A stretch of DNA of 32,000 nucleotides from Mycolicibacterium smegmatis (lineage in GTDB: Bacteria > Actinomycetota > Actinomycetes > Mycobacteriales > Mycobacteriaceae): contig NZ_LN831039.1 in NCBI RefSeq assembly GCF_001457595.1, positions 5,400,001 to 5,432,000 on the forward strand, given 5' to 3'. The translations under genes were made by a program, and so were the position numbers. Below, in pieces: positions 25,796 through 32,000 of this stretch (within the stretch, counting starts at the first letter, position 1; each line of letters starts with the position of its first letter). The notes under the pieces are model-generated. The model made no database searches. It was not told the DNA's origin and saw only the letters and a program-made list of their open reading frames with translations.

Positions 25796-25936
25796 GCCAG
25801 ACTACCCACGCTCGGCGCGAGCAGCAACTTGTTTAGTGGTTCAAATTCATCGCGCGGGGATGACAAGTTTGCTGCTCAGAGCCATCAAATGTAAATGTTC
25901 GGGTAACCGATACTTTCAGTGTGGCAACCCTTGCGC

Positions 25937-26938
25937 CTAAGCGGTCCGATTACGCGCCGACTCCTGCCAGGCGCGGGCCGCGACGAGTTCGGGTATCAGC
26001 ACCTCGGTCAGCAGGCGCACGAGATCACCGGCGTCGTCATCTGTGTCGCCCGGGTAGCGCACCGTGAACTGCGCGCTGGGGACGTCGCCACCGACGGCCA
26101 CCACCGTGGTCTTCCGCATCGTCGTCCACTCGGCGAGTTGCTGTTCCCATGGGGATCCCGCGAACACGAGCAGGCGGTAGTCGGTGGTCTTGGTCAGGTA
26201 CACGTCGACGTGGCTCCAGTCGCCGGTCTCGCAGCCCACCGCGGGCAGACGGGGACATTCGCGCAGCATCAGGGCACCCTGTTGAGCAGACGAGAACCGG
26301 TGGGCCGGGGCTGCGAGGTGTGTGCCCGCCGGACCGAGCAGTAGGTCGGCGACGCGTGGGCGCCACGAGTCCTCGGTGTCGAGCAGGTGTGCGCTGGCGG
26401 TTGCCGACGCGGCCACCGCCCCGGCGAGCGCCGAGGTGTCACCACCGGACAACTGCTCCTCGAGGGCGATGAGCATCGCGACGGTGTGCTGGTAGGTGCG
26501 GCAGGCGACGCCGCCCTCCTCCGGATCGGCCGCGAGGTCGACGACTGCGCCGCACCGTTGCGCGAGCGCCGAACCCGGCGTGTTCGTGAGGGCGACGAAG
26601 GTCGCGGACGGGTTGGCTGCCTGCATGCGCTCGAGCGCGTCGAGGGTTTCCACCGATCCGCCCGTCGCCGAGGTCGCGACCACCAGGGCGCCAGCGCCCC
26701 AGCGCGGCAGCAGTGACGACGACGCGAGATCGGACACCGCGACCAGGCCGCGGGCCCGCATGCGTGCGGCGGCCACGCCACCGGCGTAGGCCGACGACCC
26801 CATGCCGATCAGCACCACCCGCTCGATGCCCGGCGGGACCACGTCGGCCCACGGATTGCCGGCGGCGAGGCTGGTCGCGAGCCGGCTGAGGACGGCCGGT
26901 TTACGTTCCAGATCGGCGACGAACGCGTCGGGGTTCAC
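25937..26938 (-). CDS. double SIS-domain sugar-phosphate isomerase/deaminase-like protein (GlmS-isomerase / AgaS / FrlB type)
   Basis: GTG start overlaps the kinase TGA (GTGA at 26935-26938). VVLIGMGSSAYAG and VVATSATGGSVETL are SIS motifs; a second SIS-like half follows. Confidence 0.85.
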   Translation of the reverse strand: MNPDAFVADLERKPAVLSRLATSLAAGNPWADVVPPGIERVVLIGMGSSAYAGGVAAARMRARGLVAVSDLASSSLLPRWGAGALVVATSATGGSVETLDALERMQAANPSATFVALTNTPGSALAQRCGAVVDLAADPEEGGVACRTYQHTVAMLIALEEQLSGGDTSALAGAVAASATASAHLLDTEDSWRPRVADLLLGPAGTHLAAPAHRFSSAQQGALMLRECPRLPAVGCETGDWSHVDVYLTKTTDYRLLVFAGSPWEQQLAEWTTMRKTTVVAVGGDVPSAQFTVRYPGDTDDDAGDLVRLLTEVLIPELVAARAWQESARNRTA

Positions 26939-28134
26939 GTGCTTGTCCCTTCGTCGAGGAGGGCGGGCAGTGCCGCGTCGGGTACGTACATCCAGCGTGG
27001 GAGATGGCGTGCTGCATAGATGATCTCCCGAAGCACCTGTTGCAGCCGCAGCGCTCGCAGCGGCGCCGGGTCGTAGACCGAGCGGTGGCCGAGTGTCTCG
27101 AGCCGGTCCGTGTACGCGCCGACGAACGTGGTGCGGGCGAGGCGGTCGACGTCGGCGAGTGCCGCGGGGGCCAGCTCGGTGTACTTGCGGGCGACGATCG
27201 CGACGTGGGCCAGCGACTGCGCCATGCCCGCGACGTCGAGCGCGGCGGGGACGGGCTTGACCCGTGCTTCGGCCGGCAGCACAGGGTTGCCGTCGAAATC
27301 GGTGACCACGTAGCGGCCACCGGCGCGCAGCACCTGCCCGACGTGCAGGTCACCGTGGCCCGCGAGCACAGGGATGCCCGCGAGGTCGCCGAGCGTGCCG
27401 ACGACGGCCTCGACGTCTTCTCGTCGGGCCCGCAGCAGTTCGCCGCTCACCGAGGTGCCCAGTGTCGCGGCGGTCTCGACGGTCTCCAGGGCGGCTTCGC
27501 GCCAGGACCGCGCGTCGGCCGCGGTGGCCGGGCGGGCCGTGTCCGCTTGGGCCGCATGCAGTTCCGCGACGACACACCCCACTGCGGTGACCGCGTCGAC
27601 CAGCGCGGGGACGGCGGCGCGATCCTGTGCGGCATCGGTGACCAGCGCGACGGCCCACGTCCACCCGTCGACGGCGTCGGGCAGGTATTCGTCGACGGTG
27701 ACCACCAGGGTCTCGGGATGGTCGGCGGTTTGCCACGTCACCAGCCCCCATGGCATCGGCATCCCCCGGAAACCGTTGCCGCGCAACGCCTTGATGCGCG
27801 CAGGCGCAGGGTGGGGTCCCTCCTGCAGGTGCGTGGCCCATTTGACGACGGCCGCATCGCCCACGATCACCGACTCGTTGGTCTGGTCGACGGTGATCGG
27901 GCGCTCTCCCCGCGCAGTCTGCGAAGCCCACGAAAGCAGCGTGAAATTGCCGTGTTTCGTGGTGCCCGGGTTCTGGTTCAGGGCATCCAGCATCGCCTCG
28001 GCGACCCCGTCGCCCGGTCCCGCGCGACGCCAGTGACCGTCGGCGTCACGGACCTGCGGCACTGCCGCATCGGGTTCGGACGTGATCACCAGACGGCGCC
28101 CGCCACCGAGGTCGAGCCGGTCGAGCTCGATCAC
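26935..28134 (-). CDS. maltokinase-like (Mak/Pep2 fold) sugar kinase, possibly of the actinobacterial glucosamine-kinase group
   Basis: GTG at 28134 overlaps the GT TGA (GTGA at 28131-28134), giving 399 aa. N-terminal cap region VDQTNESVIVGDAAVVKW; catalytic loop HGDLHVGQVLR; metal-binding VVTDFDGNP; LDVAGMAQSL. The 258-codon upstream extension in the ORF track overlaps the GT gene out of frame and is rejected. Confidence 0.8.
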   Translation of the reverse strand: MIELDRLDLGGGRRLVITSEPDAAVPQVRDADGHWRRAGPGDGVAEAMLDALNQNPGTTKHGNFTLLSWASQTARGERPITVDQTNESVIVGDAAVVKWATHLQEGPHPAPARIKALRGNGFRGMPMPWGLVTWQTADHPETLVVTVDEYLPDAVDGWTWAVALVTDAAQDRAAVPALVDAVTAVGCVVAELHAAQADTARPATAADARSWREAALETVETAATLGTSVSGELLRARREDVEAVVGTLGDLAGIPVLAGHGDLHVGQVLRAGGRYVVTDFDGNPVLPAEARVKPVPAALDVAGMAQSLAHVAIVARKYTELAPAALADVDRLARTTFVGAYTDRLETLGHRSVYDPAPLRALRLQQVLREIIYAARHLPRWMYVPDAALPALLDEGTST

Positions 28135-29441
28135 GCCCGATGTTCCAGGCCGGCACGCTCGATGGCGTCGGCCCCCACGCGCAGGCCGTCCCTGGCACGG
28201 ATCGCGGCACCGATGCCGTCGAGCTTGGTGCGCAGTTCGGTGTCGGCGAGCAGGCGGTCCACCGCGTCGGTCAGCTCGGCATCGGCGAACCCGTAGGTGT
28301 CCAGCCGGATGCCGAAGCCGAGTTCGTCGATGCGCTGGGCGTTTTCGTACTGGTCCCAGAACAGCGGCAGCACGACGAGCGGTTTGCCGAAGTGCAGCGT
28401 CTCGGTCACGGTGTTGTTGCCACCGTGTGAGATCACCAGGTCGACCTGCGGGATCACCTTGGTCTGCGGCAGCATCTGCGCGCCGGTCATGTTGTCGGCC
28501 AGGGTGATCTGGTCGGCCTGCGGACCCTTGCTGACGATGAACCGGTGCCGCGTCTTGCCCAGGACATCCACGAGGCGCTGCATGAGTTCGACATCGGCAC
28601 CGCCCAGAGAACCCAGCGACAGGTAGATCAGCCCACTGTCGGCGGGGCGGTCGGCGAGATGCTCGGGCACGGTGTAGTCCTCGTCGGTCTCGCGCACGCT
28701 GGAATCCATGCGGATCCACGTGCCGTCGAGCGGACGGACCTGCGTGTAGTCGGCCTCGGCCGGATAGACGTAGAGGTTCGCGGCGTTGTCGCGCGGCATG
28801 AACTCCAGCTCGGGAAGCGGGTCGGCACCCTGGGCCTGCACCCACGCGTTGAAGTCGGTCCACATGGCGCGGTGGGTACGGTCGAATTCGGCGCGGTAGG
28901 CGGCCCATTCGGCATCGTCAGCACTCGGCAGGCCGGAAAACGGTGGCGGCACCTGCGCAGCGGTGATCTCCAGCGGGCTGCACGAGACGATCCGCACGAG
29001 CGGGACGCCCGCGGTGGCCAGCGCGGGGAACAGCACCACGTTGTCCTCGACGATGACGTCGGGCCGGTGGGTTTCGATGATCTCGCGCAGGCGCGGTTCG
29101 CAGTACTTCGCGCCGTCGATCAACGCCTGATAGGTCGGCTGGATGAACGTCTGCAACTGCTCGATGGTCGGCTTGCGGAACTCCGGTGCGGTCTCGGCGA
29201 TGAAGTCGGTCCAGAACTTCCCCGGATCCTCGTCCTCGCCGCCCGCGGCCGGTTCGGCGAGATCCACGAGTTCCTCGATGAATCCGAACGGCGCGAGCTT
29301 GCCGGCCCAGGAGCTCTCCGCGGCGAACACGATCGTGTGGCCGCGTTCGCGCAGGACGGCCGCCAGCCCGATGCACTGATTGGTGGGGCCGTAGGCGGAT
29401 TCGGGCCAGAACATGATCTTCAGCGTGTCGGAGGTGTTCAC
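28131..29441 (-). CDS. GT1-family UDP-glycosyltransferase (MGT/UGT-like)
   Basis: GTG at 29441 lies 7 nt after GAAGGGG. N-terminal IMFWPESAYGPTNQCIGLAAVLRERGH; C-terminal UDPGT signature HGGNNTVTETLHFGKPLVVLPLFWDQYENAQR. Confidence 0.9.
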   Translation of the reverse strand: MNTSDTLKIMFWPESAYGPTNQCIGLAAVLRERGHTIVFAAESSWAGKLAPFGFIEELVDLAEPAAGGEDEDPGKFWTDFIAETAPEFRKPTIEQLQTFIQPTYQALIDGAKYCEPRLREIIETHRPDVIVEDNVVLFPALATAGVPLVRIVSCSPLEITAAQVPPPFSGLPSADDAEWAAYRAEFDRTHRAMWTDFNAWVQAQGADPLPELEFMPRDNAANLYVYPAEADYTQVRPLDGTWIRMDSSVRETDEDYTVPEHLADRPADSGLIYLSLGSLGGADVELMQRLVDVLGKTRHRFIVSKGPQADQITLADNMTGAQMLPQTKVIPQVDLVISHGGNNTVTETLHFGKPLVVLPLFWDQYENAQRIDELGFGIRLDTYGFADAELTDAVDRLLADTELRTKLDGIGAAIRARDGLRVGADAIERAGLEHRA

Positions 29442-29452
29442 AATGGGCCCCT

Positions 29453-30061
29453 TCAGGTTCGGACGGGTCGGGGAAGCGGATGGCCGGTGGCCACCCGCGC
29501 GTAGTCACAGATCAGGTCGACGGCGGTGTCGACATCCAGGCTGGGGTGCCGTGCCACCATCCGGTAGCCGTAGGCGTCCTCGAGCGCGACGATGTTGCGC
29601 GCGACGGCCAGCGACGACGAGGTGAGCGCGAAAATACCCTGGGCGGCGCCGGATTCGAGGATCACCTGGTACATCGCGACCTGACGGTCATACAGCGCGG
29701 TCAGCATGACGGCGTAGGCCGGGTGACGTGCGGCCGCGCCGCCGAGCGCGCACATGAGCTTGACGTCGGGGTCGTCGGCGTCGACCGGCAGCCCGGATTC
29801 GATGGTCGTCACCAGCTTGCGGTCCGGTGGCGCATCCCCCGCGACGGCGCGCAGCCGCGCATCGTAGAAGCGCTCGATACCGGCCCGGTTGGCCTCGATC
29901 AGCAGGGTCTGGATATCCGGGAAGTGGTAGAGCACCGCGCTCGGTGTCAGGCCCGCCTCGGCCGCCACCTGCTTGAGCTGGACATCGACGCCGTGCTTCA
30001 TCACCGCGCTCTGGGCAGCGCGCAGCAACTTCTCGCGACGTTCGGCTCGGCTGACGGGCAC
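29453..30061 (-). CDS. TetR-family transcriptional regulator
   Basis: REKLLRAAQSAVMKHGVDVQLKQVAAEAGLTPSAVLYHFPD is a TetR_N HTH. GTG at 30061 is the first in-frame start that keeps helix 1. The stop lies 11 nt before the GT start. The upstream extension in the ORF track is rejected. Confidence 0.8.
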   Translation of the reverse strand: MPVSRAERREKLLRAAQSAVMKHGVDVQLKQVAAEAGLTPSAVLYHFPDIQTLLIEANRAGIERFYDARLRAVAGDAPPDRKLVTTIESGLPVDADDPDVKLMCALGGAAARHPAYAVMLTALYDRQVAMYQVILESGAAQGIFALTSSSLAVARNIVALEDAYGYRMVARHPSLDVDTAVDLICDYARVATGHPLPRPVRT

Positions 30062-30208
30062 AGCGCCATGCTGCCAACGATCCGCGACCGGCGCGCGCGT
30101 TTTCCTGAACTCCGATGCAGTTTTTATCCAGCTTTTACATCGTGGTTGTCCCGCGCAGCGATAAACTTTCCTGAACTCGAATACAGGACTCGAAGGGAGC
30201 GCAACCGC

Positions 30209-30550
30209 ATGCCGACCCTGCTGTCTGCTCGACAACTCCTCATCGCCGCCGCGTTCGCGGCCGCCACGCTGGCTCCCGTTGCCGTGCCGTTCCAGGCCGC
30301 CGCCGCGGAATGCCCCAGCGGAGAAGAAGGCGACCTGTACACCGGCACGTGTACGCCGGTTCTGGTCCCCAACTCCCCCGCGCCGGTCGCCATGCCCGCG
30401 GCCAACGAGTGCCCGCCCGGTGTCACCGGTGCCGAGTGCCAGCCGTCCACCGGCAACGAGGCAGGCCCGGTCATGCCCCAGCTGCCCGGGCAGGTCGAGC
30501 AGACGGGTCCTGAGGAAGAACTCCAGGACGTCGACACACCCGACTACTGA
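30209..30550 (+). CDS. small secreted Cys-containing, Pro-rich protein
   Basis: GAAGGGAG (30192-30199) before the ATG. Signal peptide LLIAAAFAAATLAPVAVPFQAAAA-EC. The mature part has 4 Cys (ECPSGEEGDLYTGTC...NECPPGVTGAEC). High GC3. Confidence 0.7.
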   Translation: MPTLLSARQLLIAAAFAAATLAPVAVPFQAAAAECPSGEEGDLYTGTCTPVLVPNSPAPVAMPAANECPPGVTGAECQPSTGNEAGPVMPQLPGQVEQTGPEEELQDVDTPDY

Positions 30551-30578
30551 CGGCCACTTGCCGCCGGTTGCCACGCCG

Positions 30579-30635
30579 CGAAACTGTAGTTGTCGAGCGG
30601 TTGTTCGAGTAGTGCGCTCGACAACTACAGTTTCG
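30579..30635. terminator. 21-bp perfect hairpin between convergent genes
   Basis: cgaaactgtagttgtcgagcg (30579-30599) / cgctcgacaactacagtttcg (30615-30635), 15-nt loop gttgttcgagtagtg. Confidence 0.6.
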
Positions 30636-30650
30636 GTGGAGCGCTCAGCG

Positions 30651-31259
30651 CTACAGGCGCGCCAGGCCGACCGCGTGCCGAAGACCGGGAATTCCCAACC
30701 ACTTCGGCAACGACACCGCGTCGTCCTTGGAGGTCCACACCCGCGGTGGGTCACTCTTGTCGGTGCGGTCGGCCGGCACCGCGTGACTCATCCGGAACCA
30801 CTCCGATCCGGGACGGCATCCGGCGTTGAGGTACAGCCTGGGGTGATCGGCCAGGATCTGCAGGCCCGACCGGATGATGAACATCATGAAGACGATGTTG
30901 AAGAAGTGCTGCCATCGCAGCCATGCCGGGAAACCCGTTGTGACAGGCTGGGCATAGCTCGCCGACGTGCCCGGATAGTGCGCGATGAAACTCTGCACCC
31001 AACCGTAGGTGCGTAACTGCATCGCGACCGCGACGATCACCGCCAGCGCGACGAGCGCACCCACGGCGAGCCAGGCGAAACTCACCCAGTGCCTCCCGAT
31101 GCGCACCGACGGCGCGTGCGCGGGCACCTGCGGGATGCCGCCGCAGAATTCGTCGACGTCGACGCGCTGCTGGAAGGTCGGTCGGGGCGAATGGTGGTCG
31201 AGCAGCGCGTGCAGCTGCGCCACGGTCGTCGTGCGGTGAATTCTCGGTGCGCTCGTCAC
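30651..31259 (-). CDS. hypothetical membrane protein, possibly a truncated N-terminal module
   Basis: 202-aa ORF with GTG start. TM segments WVSFAWLAVGALVALAVIVAVAM and WQHFFNIVFMMFIIRSGLQIL. Ends ...PGLRHAVGLARL* immediately before the 21-bp hairpin. Confidence 0.55.
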   Translation of the reverse strand: MTSAPRIHRTTTVAQLHALLDHHSPRPTFQQRVDVDEFCGGIPQVPAHAPSVRIGRHWVSFAWLAVGALVALAVIVAVAMQLRTYGWVQSFIAHYPGTSASYAQPVTTGFPAWLRWQHFFNIVFMMFIIRSGLQILADHPRLYLNAGCRPGSEWFRMSHAVPADRTDKSDPPRVWTSKDDAVSLPKWLGIPGLRHAVGLARL

Positions 31260-31353
31260 GTCGCCACCTCCTGACCAACAGATGCTTCATCTGGAGAAAC
31301 GATCTGGGCCTGGGATGTGGCTGGATGACCGCTGAGCGTTCGGCAAAACACCG

Positions 31354-31383
31354 ATGGGCCGGGATCCGCGGATCCCGGCCCAT
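31354..31383 (-). terminator. intrinsic terminator after the formamidase gene
   Basis: 30-bp perfect palindrome atgggccgggatccgcggatcccggcccat, 13 nt after the TAG at 31397-31399. On the minus strand it is followed by CGGUGUUUUGCC. Confidence 0.75.
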
Positions 31384-31396
31384 GGCGTCGTGCGAT

Positions 31397-32000
31397 CTAG
31401 GACGTGACGGCGACCTGCCCCCTATCGACCTTCTGCGGGCCCTTGCCGCCGGGGCGGATGTCGAAGTCGAAGATCTCGGTCGGCAGGAACACCGAACAAC
31501 ATGCGTTCGGGATGTCCACGACGCCGCCGATGCGGCCTTCGATCGGTGAGGTGCCCAGGATCAGGTAGGCCTGCTCGCCGGTGTAGCCCCACTTCTTCAG
31601 GTACTCGATGGCGTTGAGGCACGCGTTGCGGTACGCCATCGTCGCGTCCATGTAGGCGTTGCGATTCTCGGCGTGGTCCACCGAGATGCCGATGAACGTG
31701 AGCCATTCGGAGTAGAGCGGCTCGACGCGGCCCGGCATGAAGATGGGGTTGGTGGTGACGCCGTAGGTTTCCATGCCGCCCTTGATGAGGTCGACGTGCA
31801 TGTCGATGAACCCACCCATCTCGATGGCGCCACAGAAGTTGATCTCGCCGTCGCCCTGTGAGAAGTGCAGGTCGCCGCCGGAGAGCATGGCGCCTTCCAC
31901 GAACACCGGGTAGAAGATCCGGCTGCCCCGGGTGAAGTTCTTGATGTCGTGGTTGCCGCCGTTCTCACGCGGCGGCACGGTGCGGGCGCCGTCGTTGGCG
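31397..32000 (-). CDS. formamidase/acetamidase (FmdA_AmdA family), C-terminal part; gene continues past the window end
   Basis: GGNHDIKNFTRGSRIFYPVFVEGAMLSGGDLHFSQGDGEINFCGAIEMGG and the C-terminal region match the FmdA/AmdA family. The frame stays open to position 32000. Confidence 0.9.
   Translation of the reverse strand, partial: ANDGARTVPPRENGGNHDIKNFTRGSRIFYPVFVEGAMLSGGDLHFSQGDGEINFCGAIEMGGFIDMHVDLIKGGMETYGVTTNPIFMPGRVEPLYSEWLTFIGISVDHAENRNAYMDATMAYRNACLNAIEYLKKWGYTGEQAYLILGTSPIEGRIGGVVDIPNACCSVFLPTEIFDFDIRPGGKGPQKVDRGQVAVTS

Noticed and set aside
25838-25846. ggttcaaat resembling a tRNA T-loop.
   Set aside because: The flanking bases (agtgg / tcatc) cannot form a T-stem, and no acceptor or anticodon arms can be drawn. 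The site lies in the promoter region of the riboswitch.
26935-28908. Long N-terminal extensions in the ORF track (657 aa for the kinase; also 29453-30754, 10119-11093, 10844-11713, 12426-13226, 14760-15914 and 19726-21156).
   Set aside because: The extensions are Arg/Pro-rich, overlap neighbouring real genes out of frame and precede the recognisable domains. Internal starts with SD sequences or 4-nt start/stop overlaps give products of canonical length.
1-32000. CRISPR arrays, rRNA/tRNA genes and tandem DNA repeats.
   Set aside because: I found no regularly spaced direct repeats of 25-40 nt, no rRNA-like or cloverleaf-compatible sequences, and no tandem repeat longer than the short phased motifs reported above.

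Overview
High-G+C, densely coding actinobacterial chromosome segment. Protein signatures (MTB12/CFP-2-like secreted protein, DUF3060, DUF4193, DUF559, Ala/Thr/Pro-rich envelope protein) and pervasive ATGA/GTGA start-stop overlaps suggest a fast-growing Mycobacterium/Mycolicibacterium-type genome; this is inference, not verified. I support about 36 protein genes, one probable pseudogene (a GMC oxidoreductase with an in-frame TGA), one yybP-ykoY-type Mn2+ riboswitch ahead of a UPF0016/GDT1 transporter, six hairpin terminators and two copies of a ~60-nt palindromic element. I saw no rRNA, tRNA, CRISPR array, transposase, integrase or prophage block. Left to right: SDR/TetR pair; dctA; putP; CitA/DcuS-type two-component system; decayed GMC oxidoreductase with divergent TetR; YVTN beta-propeller protein; a five-gene translationally coupled operon (MTB12-like secreted protein, ABC-2 exporter, SAM methyltransferase, wHTH regulator); a DUF559/AbiEi-like nuclease-fold gene bracketed by inverted palindromic elements; an amidase_2 + PG-binding hydrolase; a DUF3060 membrane protein; a polar amino-acid ABC importer; an AhpD-like protein; a small secreted protein; an envelope protein with a Lys-rich tail; two tandem OlsB-like N-acyltransferase paralogues; acidic and Arg-rich small proteins; DUF4193; the riboswitch-controlled UPF0016 transporter; a TetR-GT1-maltokinase-like kinase-SIS operon; a small secreted Cys-containing protein; a possibly truncated membrane protein; and a partial formamidase. 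The four best candidates for uncharacterised systems are the TetR/GT1/kinase/SIS operon, the tandem OlsB-like pair, the repeat-bracketed DUF559 gene and the five-gene exporter/methyltransferase operon. All family calls come from motif recognition by eye; no database search was run.
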